IMG/VR virus record: IMGVR_UViG_3300027710_000009
Length of the DNA: 64,000 nt
Source: a virus
Taxonomy: Duplodnaviria > Heunggongvirae > Uroviricota > Caudoviricetes
Reading direction: 5' to 3' (one strand)
The notes beneath the pieces were generated by a model that searched no databases, was not told where the DNA came from, and saw only the letters and a list, made by a program, of their open reading frames with translations. A program made the position numbers and the translations under genes. Shown piece after piece: positions 50,303 through 60,343 of this stretch (position 1 is the stretch's first letter; every line of letters begins with the position of its first letter).

Positions 50303-50481
50303 CACCTGTTAGTTACAAGTACACTATACTGCCCATGATGGCCAAAAGTGATGAAGTCAACATCAACCCAACTGAGTATTTGGAAATGATACAGTCACTG
50401 GGCGAAGCTGGCTACGAGTTAATTACCATATACAATGATTGTTTAATATTCAAAAAAGCATGCTACAATATAGAGAAATAA
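50299..50481 (+). CDS. Small hypothetical protein (DUF4177-like pattern)
   Basis: YKY...LGEAGYELITI...LIFKK; ATGA coupling to the upstream gene. Confidence 0.5.
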   Translation: MTPVSYKYTILPMMAKSDEVNINPTEYLEMIQSLGEAGYELITIYNDCLIFKKACYNIEK

Positions 50482-50753
50482 ATCCCCTGAATGTGCATGG
50501 ACTGCGGCGTGTGGAACATTGCCCACCGCATTTCTTGCAAGTGTGTTTTGATCTAAAGGCACAAGAACAGACCATAAGTGATTGGATCTTTACCAAACTA
50601 AGTGGCCGTTTTTACTATGGTGATAAAATCACACTGGATGATACCGGCAAACGCGGCATGTGCAAAGTAGTAGCATTTGAACGTCACAGCGAAGCTTCGT
50701 ATTTTGGTCTGTTTCTAGATCAAATCAATTCCAGCGAACATAATCTTTGGTAA
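50460..50753 (+). CDS. Hypothetical phage protein
   Basis: EINPLNVHGLRR...PPHF...WI...LSGRFY...VAFE..SEASYF; start moved to ATG 50460. Confidence 0.6.
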   Translation: MLQYREINPLNVHGLRRVEHCPPHFLQVCFDLKAQEQTISDWIFTKLSGRFYYGDKITLDDTGKRGMCKVVAFERHSEASYFGLFLDQINSSEHNLW

Positions 50754-50783
50754 CGAAAAAAAACTCGAGTGCTCTCCGACTCT

Positions 50784-50789
50784 TAAATA
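50784..50789 (+). promoter_or_regulatory. Putative late promoter TAAATA
   Basis: Intergenic TAAATA upstream of GGAG SD and ATG 50821. Confidence 0.45.
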
Positions 50790-50820
50790 ATAGCAGTAGA
50801 TTTTATATCATGGAGAGACA

Positions 50821-51078
50821 ATGGAAAACCAAACGGACACTACAACACCCGAAACTGAATCTGCACCTAGTTTAGGATTGCAAGACTTGGTGCTGATGGC
50901 TCAAATTATACAGTTAGCCACTTCACGAGCTTCGTGGAAGCCAGATGAATTGAGCGTCGTGGGCAATCTTTACGATCGCCTTATGAGTTTCCTTGAATCA
51001 AGTGGCGCAGTAAAAAAATCAGACCAGCCCGTAGAGTCTGAAACATCATCGGGACTCGAGGAGACACAAAATGCTTAA
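50821..51078 (+). CDS. Hypothetical protein
   Basis: GGAGA SD; acidic; ORF fits the operon. Confidence 0.65.
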   Translation: MENQTDTTTPETESAPSLGLQDLVLMAQIIQLATSRASWKPDELSVVGNLYDRLMSFLESSGAVKKSDQPVESETSSGLEETQNA

Positions 51079-51784
51079 ACACGTAGTAAAACACAATAGC
51101 CGTAAAGCGGCCTTGCTATACAGGCAAGTACCCAACGAAGATCACATGTGCCTATTGGTGTACAGTGATTTGTTACCTAGAATGATTCATGACGAGATCA
51201 TGAAAGTTCTTGAAAGTCCAGTTGGTCAACAAGCAAACGATCTAGCCGATGCACTGTTCCGCAACATCATGCCTGATGGTAAAAATACACTTCAGGTCTT
51301 GCACGTGGAAGGCATGATTCAGAAGGTTCCTTGTAACCAAGTTATTGTTCAAGCCAATCAGAAATCAAGTGTGCGTCTTGACGAACTCAATAGCATTCTC
51401 AATGAAATGGCAACAGGGCAAGAAGCTGTACAACGTCTTGCTGAACTTGATGCCAAAGTAACTGGTTGGACACCTGCACAACAAACTGAGCAAAATGCCA
51501 AGAATGCTGCCAAGAAGCAAGCTAGACAAAACGAAGGTCGCGAAGTTGGTGTACCACCAAACGCAGCCAAGCCAGCCGACATTCCTGAGCTGAACACTGG
51601 TGTGTTATCCGACACTCAAATTGCCGCTAACTTGTTAGAGCAAGCAGAACGCATGAAACAACAAGCTGTGAGCATGCTAGCCGAAGTAACAAGATTAACA
51701 AACGAAGCAGTCGCACTAACACCAAAACCAGCTGTGAAGGTAACAAAAACAAATGTCGCGAAAACCAAAGTCAAAGCGCATTAA
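51071..51784 (+). CDS. Hypothetical protein with C-terminal coiled coil
   Basis: GAGGAG SD; 8-nt overlap with the upstream gene. Confidence 0.7.
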   Translation: MLKHVVKHNSRKAALLYRQVPNEDHMCLLVYSDLLPRMIHDEIMKVLESPVGQQANDLADALFRNIMPDGKNTLQVLHVEGMIQKVPCNQVIVQANQKSSVRLDELNSILNEMATGQEAVQRLAELDAKVTGWTPAQQTEQNAKNAAKKQARQNEGREVGVPPNAAKPADIPELNTGVLSDTQIAANLLEQAERMKQQAVSMLAEVTRLTNEAVALTPKPAVKVTKTNVAKTKVKAH

Positions 51785-52079
51785 TGTTGATGCGCGAGAT
51801 CGTTGGAAGCAGATATTAAAAACAGTTAGTAAAGATGAAGTTCCAGTTTCGTTACTTGAAAAGATTCACGTTAATCTAATAGATGGTAGCAAAGTTGAAA
51901 TTGACATTCTTCAGTTACTGGAAGAAGGCATGCACCCTGATGATATCAAAGACGAACTTAACGATCGTCTTAAAAAGATGGATGAGATTATCAAGGATGT
52001 GGACTTCTTTATCAGTATTGAAACTGTAGCAAAAACTGTGCAACCTGTTACCGACGATATCTTAAAATCTCTGTCATGA
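51753..52079 (+). CDS. Hypothetical protein
   Basis: Overlaps both neighbours; ATGA coupling to DHFR. Confidence 0.65.
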   Translation: MSRKPKSKRINVDARDRWKQILKTVSKDEVPVSLLEKIHVNLIDGSKVEIDILQLLEEGMHPDDIKDELNDRLKKMDEIIKDVDFFISIETVAKTVQPVTDDILKSLS

Positions 52080-52579
52080 TCCGTAGTATATTTTCCGTAG
52101 ACCAGCGGGGAGGCCTAGGCAACAAAGGCTCCCTGCCCTGGGCCAATGACCCAGAGGACATGGCATGGTTCAAACAAGCCACTGAAGGTCAAGTGGTTGT
52201 GATGGGCCGGCGCACCTGGAACGATCCTAAAATGCCCAAGCCGTTGCCCAACCGCACCTGCGTGGTATTCACCAGTCAAAATTATTTGCCCAACGCACAT
52301 GTGGTAAACGGTGATCCTGCTACAGTGATTCCAACACTAAAAGAAATTTACAAACACAAAGACATATGGATAATTGGCGGCGTTGACCTGTTGATTCAAA
52401 CCAAAGACTTTTGTGATGAAATGTGGATTGCACATCGTAAAGGTTCATACTATGCTGATGTACGCATGGACATGTACAAATATCTAAACAGCACTAGAAT
52501 TACCAGCAGTTGTCCAAACGAAAAACGCACCATCAACTGGTGTACATACAAAAACATAGACATTTTTAGACCTTTATGA
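52076..52579 (+). CDS. frd: Dihydrofolate reductase
   Basis: GLGNKGSLPW...EDMAWFK...VVMGRRTW...PLPNR...IIGG. Confidence 0.93.
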   Translation: MIRSIFSVDQRGGLGNKGSLPWANDPEDMAWFKQATEGQVVVMGRRTWNDPKMPKPLPNRTCVVFTSQNYLPNAHVVNGDPATVIPTLKEIYKHKDIWIIGGVDLLIQTKDFCDEMWIAHRKGSYYADVRMDMYKYLNSTRITSSCPNEKRTINWCTYKNIDIFRPL

Positions 52580-53487
52580 AAACGTATCTTGACGCACTCA
52601 AACAAGTTTTAGAAACAGGTACCACACGATCAGATCGTACAGGTACAGGCACCATTGGTTTGTTTGGCATGCAACAACGTTACGATTTAAGCAAAGGTTT
52701 TCCTGCCGTGACCACAAAGAAGTTGGCATGGCGAAGTGTTGTGTCCGAGTTGCTGTGGTTCATTGAAGGGTCGGGGGACGAAAAACGCCTACGAGAGATA
52801 CTACATGGTAGTAGGGATTCCAGTAAGGACACCATTTGGTCTGCCAATGCCACAGCATCCTATTGGAAACCCAAGGCAAAATATCCAGGCGACCTAGGCC
52901 GTGTGTATGGTGTACAATGGCGACACTGGCGTACTCCAGAAGTAATACAAGGTGGCAGCTTTACCAACGACTTTGGGCACACATTCAGTCTGGAAGGTGG
53001 AGTTACTATTAGAGAAGTTGATCAACTTATAGATCTGATCAACGGAATCAAAGCAGATCCATACGGACGACGACATATATTATCCAGCTGGAACCCAGGC
53101 GAATTACAAGCCATGGCCCTGCCACCGTGTCATTGCTTTGCTCAGTTTTATGTTGCAGATGGCAAGCTATCATGCCAGATGTACCAAAGAAGTTGTGACA
53201 TGTTTTTAGGTGTCCCCTTTAATATCGCTAGCTACAGCCTGTTAACGGCCATGATAGCTCAAGTGTGCGGCCTCCAGGTCGGGGAGTTCGTTCACGTTCT
53301 CGGCGATGCACACATCTACCTAAATCACGTGGACCAGGTAAAAGAACAACTCACACGTGAACCCTTGCCTGAACCAACTCTCTGGCTCAATCCCGAAGTA
53401 ACTGATATCACACAGTTTACCATGGAAGATATTCGGCTAGATAACTACCAATCTCACTCTAGCATTTCTGCCGCAATGGCTGTATAA
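52576..53487 (+). CDS. thyA: Thymidylate synthase (ThyA)
   Basis: DRTGTGT, ELLWFI, YGVQWR, MALPPCH (catalytic Cys), YQRSCDMFLGVPFNIASY, DAHIYLNH. Confidence 0.96.
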   Translation: MKTYLDALKQVLETGTTRSDRTGTGTIGLFGMQQRYDLSKGFPAVTTKKLAWRSVVSELLWFIEGSGDEKRLREILHGSRDSSKDTIWSANATASYWKPKAKYPGDLGRVYGVQWRHWRTPEVIQGGSFTNDFGHTFSLEGGVTIREVDQLIDLINGIKADPYGRRHILSSWNPGELQAMALPPCHCFAQFYVADGKLSCQMYQRSCDMFLGVPFNIASYSLLTAMIAQVCGLQVGEFVHVLGDAHIYLNHVDQVKEQLTREPLPEPTLWLNPEVTDITQFTMEDIRLDNYQSHSSISAAMAV

Positions 53488-53494
53488 TACAGCT

Positions 53495-53725
53495 ATGATA
53501 CTTCACGAATTCAGCATGGGGGATGTGGAAGACCCGTACTTGTACGCTGGGTTTCCAATCCATGAATGGCAACAGACCGACAAAGGTAAATGGGTCATGG
53601 CACATGCAAAAGGTGAAATTGTGTTTCACTGTAGACCATGCCCTGAAACATACGGCTTTCGAGTGATCATCACCGGCGAGCTAGAAGAACGAGACGAAAT
53701 CATTTATAGGTTGAAATACACATGA
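53495..53725 (+). CDS. Small hypothetical phage protein
   Basis: HEFSMGDVEDPYLYAG...WQQTDKGKWVM; ATGA coupling to the epimerase. Confidence 0.65.
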   Translation: MILHEFSMGDVEDPYLYAGFPIHEWQQTDKGKWVMAHAKGEIVFHCRPCPETYGFRVIITGELEERDEIIYRLKYT

Positions 53726-54663
53726 ACATTTTAGTAACAGGTGGTGCCGGCTTCATTGGGCACAATGTGGTAGCAAGATTAGAACAACTAGGACACTCAT
53801 GCAGTATCCTAGACAATCAAACCGACTACGGTGTTGTACCTGCAGAAGAAATCACTGCGCTACATGCAGAGCGCAAAGAATTGTATCAAGCTCCTTTGCA
53901 CAGGATAGATTTAGAAAGCAACAGTGGTAATGTTGACTGGATGGTAAAACGTTACCAACCTGATGTGATCATACACATGGCCAGTTTTCCACGACAGAAA
54001 GTTGTAAGTGCAAATCCTCGTTGGGGTGCTGATGTAATGATGGGCGGTACAATGAGCCTGCTCGAAGCTGCCAAAGCACATGGTACAAAACGTTTTGTGT
54101 ATATCTCGTCTAGCATGGTATATGGCGACTTCACACAGGACATTGGAGAAGACGATCCGTGCAACCCAATTGGACAGTATGGTATTATGAAGCTTGCAGG
54201 AGAATGGCTTGTTAAAGATTATGCCCGCCGTGGTTGTTTTGATTACACTATTATACGTCCTTCTGCTGTGTATGGTCCACGTGATATTGAAGACCGGGTG
54301 GTGAGTAAGTTTCTTACTGCGGCCATGCGTGGCCAAAAGCTCAAGGTCAAAGGCGTGAATGAGATGCTGGACTTTACTTATGTGGACGATGCTGTGGCAG
54401 GTATTGTTGCCTCTGCCTTAGATCCTAGAGCAAGTAATCGTACCTATAATATCACACGTTCTGCCAGTCACACCCTGCTAGAAGCCGCACAGTTGGCCAT
54501 TGCCACAGTTGGTCAAGGTGAGATTGAAATACAGGACAAAGATGCAGAGTATCCAAGTCGTGCCAGTCTCAAGATTGATCGTGCTAGAGATGAACTAGGT
54601 TTTATTCCGCAAGTGGACATTGAGGAAGGATTCCGACGCTACCATGAATGGCTTAAGAAATGA
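53722..54663 (+). CDS. NAD-dependent nucleotide-sugar epimerase/dehydratase (extended SDR)
   Basis: TGGAGFIG, SSSMVYG, YGIMK (YxxxK), RPSAVYGP, DFTYVDD. Confidence 0.92.
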   Translation: MNILVTGGAGFIGHNVVARLEQLGHSCSILDNQTDYGVVPAEEITALHAERKELYQAPLHRIDLESNSGNVDWMVKRYQPDVIIHMASFPRQKVVSANPRWGADVMMGGTMSLLEAAKAHGTKRFVYISSSMVYGDFTQDIGEDDPCNPIGQYGIMKLAGEWLVKDYARRGCFDYTIIRPSAVYGPRDIEDRVVSKFLTAAMRGQKLKVKGVNEMLDFTYVDDAVAGIVASALDPRASNRTYNITRSASHTLLEAAQLAIATVGQGEIEIQDKDAEYPSRASLKIDRARDELGFIPQVDIEEGFRRYHEWLKK

Positions 54664-55745
54664 AGATCCCGTTCACTAATTTACATCAGCAGTACCTAGA
54701 CTGCAAGATAGAAATTGACGAAGCCATTGCAAGAACCATTGCAAGTAGCAGTTTTATCACTGGACCAGATGTTACAAAGTTTGAAACAGAGTTTGCACAA
54801 TACGTAGGAGCCGAGGATTGCGCCAGCACAGGTTCAGGTACCACAGCATTGTTGTGTGCCATGAGAGCCTTGGGCATTGGAGAAGGTGACGAAGTGCTGA
54901 CTACCCCACATACGTTTGTTGCCACAACAGAAGCCATTGTTAGTGTGGGTGCTACACCTGTGTTTGTGGACATTGATCCAGACACACATCTAATAGATTT
55001 AGAACTATTGGAACAGGCAATCACTCCATACACTCGTGCTATCTTGTTTGTGGATATTTACGGACAGTGTCCAGACATGCAACGTCTAAGTGCTATCCGT
55101 GACAAATATGATTTGTACATTGTGGAAGATGCCGCACACAGTCTAGGCAACACATTCATGGGTCGGACTGTGGGAAGTTTTGCTGACATCACATGTTTCA
55201 GTTTCAACCCTGTGAAGAACTTGGGTGCCATGGGCGATGCTGGCTGTGCAGTAGGACAAAAGATCTTGATGGATCAAGTGCGTATGTACAGAGACCACGG
55301 ACGCACCGGACGATACGACATTGTTGAAGTAGGATACAACGCACGTGTTGACAACATGCAAAGCAACATTGTGCTGGCCAAACTTCCTAAGTTGCATGGA
55401 TGGCTTAACCGCAAGCGTGATATCTGTGCTTACTACAATCATCATCTACGAGATGTTGTTAAAACAGTCAAACGAGTACAAGGTAACAGTCACAGTTACT
55501 ATGTGTATGTTATACAAACACCGCAACGTGATGAACTCCGTAAGTTTTTAGAAGCCCGGGGTATTGGCACCAATATACATTATGCCACTGCCACACACCA
55601 ACAGCCAGCATATTTGCCATGGTATCGTCCTTGCCCTGTAGCAGAACGCACAGTAAACGAAATCCTTAGCTTGCCATGTTGGCCAAGTATGACTAACGAT
55701 CAAGTCAACTATGTTGTTGACTGTGTCAAGGAGTTCTTCGAATGA
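54660..55745 (+). CDS. DegT/DnrJ/EryC1/StrS PLP-dependent sugar aminotransferase
   Basis: SGTTAL, TFVAT, EDAAHS, SFNPVKNLGAMGDAG (PLP lysine), GYNAR, LSLP. Confidence 0.93.
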   Translation: MKIPFTNLHQQYLDCKIEIDEAIARTIASSSFITGPDVTKFETEFAQYVGAEDCASTGSGTTALLCAMRALGIGEGDEVLTTPHTFVATTEAIVSVGATPVFVDIDPDTHLIDLELLEQAITPYTRAILFVDIYGQCPDMQRLSAIRDKYDLYIVEDAAHSLGNTFMGRTVGSFADITCFSFNPVKNLGAMGDAGCAVGQKILMDQVRMYRDHGRTGRYDIVEVGYNARVDNMQSNIVLAKLPKLHGWLNRKRDICAYYNHHLRDVVKTVKRVQGNSHSYYVYVIQTPQRDELRKFLEARGIGTNIHYATATHQQPAYLPWYRPCPVAERTVNEILSLPCWPSMTNDQVNYVVDCVKEFFE

Positions 55746-56623
55746 TCATGTGGCTGGTAGGTGCAGGTTACTGGGGTAGCAAGGTATTACAAAGTCTTGA
55801 ACGATTTGGTGTGCATGCCAAGATCATTGATATCAAAAATGGTCAAACCATACAAGACATTGACACTCAAGATCCTGTGATGCTGGCCACGCCACTGTGG
55901 GAACACTATGAACAAGCCAAGTATCTGATACAGCGTGGACATGATGTGTACATTGAAAAGCCCATGGCAGAGTCTGCGCCCAAGATTGCAGAACTAGCAG
56001 GATTGGTCACAGGTGATCAAATAGTCATGGCAGGACACATCTTTGTGCTACATCCGCAAATGCAAGAAATCAAATCGCTGATTGCACAAGGCAGAATTGG
56101 TGCTTTACAGCATGTGAGCAGTCGCAGATTGAACTGGGGCATATATCAAACACGAACAGATCCGTTGTTGAGCCTAGCAGTACATGATGTGAGCATTGTG
56201 CAACAAGTGTGCCAAGCCCGCATGACAGTTGACTTTGCTCGCGGTTGGAACTACAGCAACAACACACAGCCTGATCGTGTGTACTTCACTGGCACTGCTG
56301 GAGATGTTACATATGATATTGACGTCAGTTGGTATTGGCCTGTACGCACACGCGAAACTGTATTTGTTGGTACTACAGGGCAACTGATATGGGATCAGGA
56401 TTCAAACACAATCACAGTCACAGCTCATGCAATACAAAATCGTCGTGCTGTGGTAGATCCTGCTCCTGTAACAATTGAATACAATCATGACATGACCCCA
56501 CTGGATGTTGAAATAAAACACTGGGTTGATTGTGTACAGAATAGATTGCAACCGGTTACTGATACCCAGCAAGCACTAGACATTGCACTGATTATTGATC
56601 AGGCAAACCATGCAATTGGTTAA
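55742..56623 (+). CDS. Gfo/Idh/MocA family NAD-dependent oxidoreductase
   Basis: GAGYWG, ATP...H, IEKP, LAVHD. Confidence 0.88.
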   Translation: MIMWLVGAGYWGSKVLQSLERFGVHAKIIDIKNGQTIQDIDTQDPVMLATPLWEHYEQAKYLIQRGHDVYIEKPMAESAPKIAELAGLVTGDQIVMAGHIFVLHPQMQEIKSLIAQGRIGALQHVSSRRLNWGIYQTRTDPLLSLAVHDVSIVQQVCQARMTVDFARGWNYSNNTQPDRVYFTGTAGDVTYDIDVSWYWPVRTRETVFVGTTGQLIWDQDSNTITVTAHAIQNRRAVVDPAPVTIEYNHDMTPLDVEIKHWVDCVQNRLQPVTDTQQALDIALIIDQANHAIG

Positions 56624-57923
56624 AGTATTCCTGTAACCATTCCCAACGAAACGCTTTCTTGAGTTCACTGTTGTTTGAGATATTCTCAGCAAAGAACATC
56701 GCGCCATCGTTTGCGCCCTTGAGAACCCATTCTGCATGCGGACCTGTTGCGTGTGTTCGCCACACATTGATGCGATAGTCTGTTTCTACATCAGGCCGGT
56801 CCAACTGCCATTGACACAGTTTGCTTACTTCACGGAATGCTGTGCGCCAGGCCTGATACGGACTGGTAGCAAACTCTCCATACACACTGATCAAAGGAAT
56901 TGACTCTGTATCAAAGCTCATGGTAAAGTCCATACCGCCAATTTGTTCCCAAGGCTTGGAATTCAATACCGATTCTTTATGGTACATGATAATACCCATG
57001 TGCCCGTAACACAAACCATTGCTGGCATTGAGTGCATTGAAGATGTACTGCTTGGGTGCTTGCCAACGATCAGGAACAAAAGAAAAGTCCCAGTCTTCAT
57101 GTAATCGTGTTTTGGCAAAGGTAGCATAAAACCAAGGCGTGTCGCTCAATGCGGCTGCTGCCTTGAGTGCATTTTCCATTCCGTCTACACCATGCACACG
57201 TTTGGCTTTTGGATAGCGAGCAACCAGTGTGGCCCAATTCTCATCAGCTTGTGGTTCATCGTAACTGATAAACACAATGTCTTGTGGTGTACTGGCTACA
57301 GAGTTTACACGTACTAGATGCAGGTAATCATAAACCTGTGTCTTGAGGTGCATTTGTGCAGTCTTAGGCACAAGGCTGGCGCTGTTATCTGCAGAAAAAC
57401 TAATCAGCTGGTGGTGTTTTTCTCCCCACAAGCTAGGTTCAGTGTCAACGTGTGCTAGTGATGTATTGCAGTTGAACAACTGATACTCGGATTCAAATTC
57501 AGTTGCCATGATTGTGGTAACCAAATCGTTGTTGCCTACATACACTTCAGGCCACGCCACCCTTTTGGGTCCAGGCACATGATAGTTGACATCAGCAAAC
57601 CATTCCAGCTGTTCTGGTGCTTGTCGTTTGTATTCTGCAACTGGCACCAGCAGTATGTCTCCAAACTTTTGAACACCCGCGGCCCAGCAATGAATCTGGG
57701 CAGACTCCCAAGGAACTGGATACCAATCAAAATCAAAGTCCACACAGTCCGAACAACTCAACACGACCCAAACATGACTGGTATTAGATTTATTAACGCA
57801 TCGTGTGACGGTATCCAACACACTGTGAAAATATCTTGTTACTCGTGCATGTGGATATTGTTGTTGGATACTGGCAATGTTAACATCTTGTCCGCCAAGA
57901 TCAATTATAAACAAGTCATACAT
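56592..57923 (-). CDS. Glycosyltransferase-like protein with two tandem GT-A-like modules
   Basis: YDLFIID...YPHARV and DIVFISYDEPQADENW...AKRVHGVDG...AAA...TPWF...; QAWRTAFRE; start moved to ATG 57923. Confidence 0.55.
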   Translation of the reverse strand: MYDLFIIDLGGQDVNIASIQQQYPHARVTRYFHSVLDTVTRCVNKSNTSHVWVVLSCSDCVDFDFDWYPVPWESAQIHCWAAGVQKFGDILLVPVAEYKRQAPEQLEWFADVNYHVPGPKRVAWPEVYVGNNDLVTTIMATEFESEYQLFNCNTSLAHVDTEPSLWGEKHHQLISFSADNSASLVPKTAQMHLKTQVYDYLHLVRVNSVASTPQDIVFISYDEPQADENWATLVARYPKAKRVHGVDGMENALKAAAALSDTPWFYATFAKTRLHEDWDFSFVPDRWQAPKQYIFNALNASNGLCYGHMGIIMYHKESVLNSKPWEQIGGMDFTMSFDTESIPLISVYGEFATSPYQAWRTAFREVSKLCQWQLDRPDVETDYRINVWRTHATGPHAEWVLKGANDGAMFFAENISNNSELKKAFRWEWLQEYFNQLHGLPDQ

Positions 57924-59052
57924 CTTGTTCTTGCCAGGTGTATTGATATACACAACGAACACCGTCAACATCAATAGCATAGATATCTAGGTATTCTTGC
58001 AATATGTTCAATATTTCAGTAGCATCTGTTGTGCCAAAAGATTTTTGCAGATCAACTTGTCCAATTGGCAAATAACCTAAACTTAAATTTTCATCCATTG
58101 GATCCAATTGGTTATCAACTAACCAATGCTGGAACGATTCTATCTGTTGATCATGCCAGGGATATAATCCTTTTACAATATCTCTACCCCAATCAATATC
58201 AAATTCTCCTGAATAGTATTTGAGATGAGTGATTGCTTCGCACGTGGTGGCATCAAGTTTGGGTGCATTTTCGTCACGGAACACTTCAAACAGTGTTTTA
58301 CCAATTTGTGCCCAGTGCATGTATACTCCGCCAAGCACTCTATCATAACCATTCTGCAGAAATAATTTTTTATGCTCGGGTTTGAGTGCCACTCTTGGCG
58401 CCTTGAAAAATGTAGTAATCTGTGACGGCCTTATCCACTCAGGCAACATATCATATTTTCTTTGACTGATAACTAGGCTTTCAATTTCATGACACACAGT
58501 GTTTAGTATACCAATGCTTTTTCTAATAGGTGCCGGAGCATGCAGATGATATGCACTTTCGTTGTCTAGGGTTCCTTGCAGTTTTTCAAAATGATTGTGC
58601 AGTCTGTTCATTACATTATTCTTTAGAGTCATGTACATCATGCCAGGTTCTAGTTGTGCAGGACGAGGATATTCTTTACCAAATCTAACCACGTCGGGAC
58701 TGAACCATTCTTCAATCACATAAGGTTCAAGTCCGTGTTGTGCCCAGTCGTAAGTATTGATACTGTAGATAGCTTGATTAAGTCGCTGACAAAGATATTC
58801 TAAATCACGAGGAGCTTGCGGAAATCCTAAAAAACAAAATGTTTTGTTTAATGGTGTACCACTACGCACTACTTTCTTTAGTTCAGCGATCCAGTCTTCG
58901 GCTAGTTTATGATCATATGCATTTATGAAATAACACAATTCTGTGCCTTCTTTGTTTCTCAGTGTTATTTTTACAATCTTAGGATTTTTGTTTGTAAAAA
59001 ATTGTAAAAATTTTGGCACAAGTTTTGGCAAGAGTTTTGCAAGTTTAGACAT
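57916..59052 (-). CDS. Hypothetical protein within the radical SAM/glycosyltransferase operon
   Basis: 378-aa ORF with 8-nt overlaps on both sides; NRLHNHFE, CHEIE, YMHWAQIGKT. Confidence 0.75.
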   Translation of the reverse strand: MSKLAKLLPKLVPKFLQFFTNKNPKIVKITLRNKEGTELCYFINAYDHKLAEDWIAELKKVVRSGTPLNKTFCFLGFPQAPRDLEYLCQRLNQAIYSINTYDWAQHGLEPYVIEEWFSPDVVRFGKEYPRPAQLEPGMMYMTLKNNVMNRLHNHFEKLQGTLDNESAYHLHAPAPIRKSIGILNTVCHEIESLVISQRKYDMLPEWIRPSQITTFFKAPRVALKPEHKKLFLQNGYDRVLGGVYMHWAQIGKTLFEVFRDENAPKLDATTCEAITHLKYYSGEFDIDWGRDIVKGLYPWHDQQIESFQHWLVDNQLDPMDENLSLGYLPIGQVDLQKSFGTTDATEILNILQEYLDIYAIDVDGVRCVYQYTWQEQDV

Positions 59053-60343
59053 TTATACTTCTCCACCATTCAGCAACTGCTGGTCGCTGACTTAGAATTT
59101 TTTCCATATCAATTGAACACGTTCTAATTTTTTCCAACTGCAACATACGTTGTTTTCCTTTTACAATAGATTTGTTGTATATGTCAGGCCATTGTTCAGC
59201 AAAGGTTGGCCTAGTTTTTAATTGCACTAGAGTGTCACGTAAGGCGCCAGAAACCTTTAACTGGTCAAGTATTTCGTCTACCCACGGGTGCAGTATTTCT
59301 CGAGGTAGTGCTAGAGGTGACATAACTATATCCGGGCTAAAACTAAACACAACCTTTGCTAGAACATCTACGTCTAGCTCTTGTGCCAGACGTTCAATAT
59401 TCAGTACTTCAAACATACCTGGCAGGGTCAGTGTGAAATCAATTCTCAATTGCCTTGAGTGTCTGCGGATCGCAAGTGCCTGTTGAAAGTTAACAAGCCA
59501 CGCCTGGTAATCAAGTCCTGTGCGAATGTATTCTCCAATTTCTCCTGTGCCGTCCAAGCTCGCACATATTTGCCAATCGCGTAGATGACCAAGAATATCG
59601 GTGAATAAGTTAACATCACGTAGACTAACGCGACTAAGGTTTGTGTTGTATCTAGCGTAAACATTTGGTCCATCTCCTAATTCAATAATGCGGCGCATGT
59701 ACTTCCAGTGTTGGCTGTACATCAAGGGTTCGCCGCCCACCCAATAAACTTCTTCAACTCGGTGTTCTTCAACAGCACGTGCAAATTCTTGCTCAACCAC
59801 GCTGTCTTGGAAGTCTGCTATTTTACTACGAACTTCTGGCTTCATCCAATGATTTTGGGCATTATCCCATTGTATCATGTTATGTTGTCGTTGCTCAGAT
59901 TCCCATGCACTGCTCAGCATGTCTCCGCACATGCGGCATTTGAAGTTGCATAGGTTACTAAAACGATAATCCCAACTCACAGGCAACATGGTAGTTGTGC
60001 CATCAACTGTGGTTGATGCTTGTACGTCTGCCCATTTGTGTGCAAACAATTGATTAAAGTAGTCTCTGTATACAGATGTATTCAACAGTTTGTCATTGCA
60101 CACTTCGCACTCAGGCAGTGTTTCACCAGACATCATTCTACGCCTGACGGATTGCATGTGCTCTCCGTTCCAATGTTCGTCTAGGGTGATAGGTATGTAT
60201 TTGCCAGTGCCAGCACTGGTGTCAATATACTGTTGAAAGTTTTGTGCAGGTTCACGACTTGCACAACACATTCTGCGTTCGGTTTGCGGGCTCAGGTATG
60301 TGTGTACCCATGGCGCCATGCAAAGATTACTAGGCTTGTTCAT
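59045..60343 (-). CDS. Radical SAM protein with N-terminal twitch-like Cys cluster
   Basis: LCMAPW...MCC...CEVC; CNFKCRMC; GGEPL; YNTN; ASLDG. Confidence 0.92.
   Translation of the reverse strand: MNKPSNLCMAPWVHTYLSPQTERRMCCASREPAQNFQQYIDTSAGTGKYIPITLDEHWNGEHMQSVRRRMMSGETLPECEVCNDKLLNTSVYRDYFNQLFAHKWADVQASTTVDGTTTMLPVSWDYRFSNLCNFKCRMCGDMLSSAWESEQRQHNMIQWDNAQNHWMKPEVRSKIADFQDSVVEQEFARAVEEHRVEEVYWVGGEPLMYSQHWKYMRRIIELGDGPNVYARYNTNLSRVSLRDVNLFTDILGHLRDWQICASLDGTGEIGEYIRTGLDYQAWLVNFQQALAIRRHSRQLRIDFTLTLPGMFEVLNIERLAQELDVDVLAKVVFSFSPDIVMSPLALPREILHPWVDEILDQLKVSGALRDTLVQLKTRPTFAEQWPDIYNKSIVKGKQRMLQLEKIRTCSIDMEKILSQRPAVAEWWRSINV

Noticed and set aside
50072-51078. Small ORFs as RiPP precursor peptides for the radical SAM enzymes
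   Set aside because: They are not adjacent to the enzymes, have no leader/core or repeated motif pattern, and no RRE/PqqD domain was recognised
52576-53487. ThyA as a dCMP hydroxymethylase or intron-containing td
   Set aside because: Uninterrupted, normal length, and retains the dUMP-specific Asn in PFNIASY
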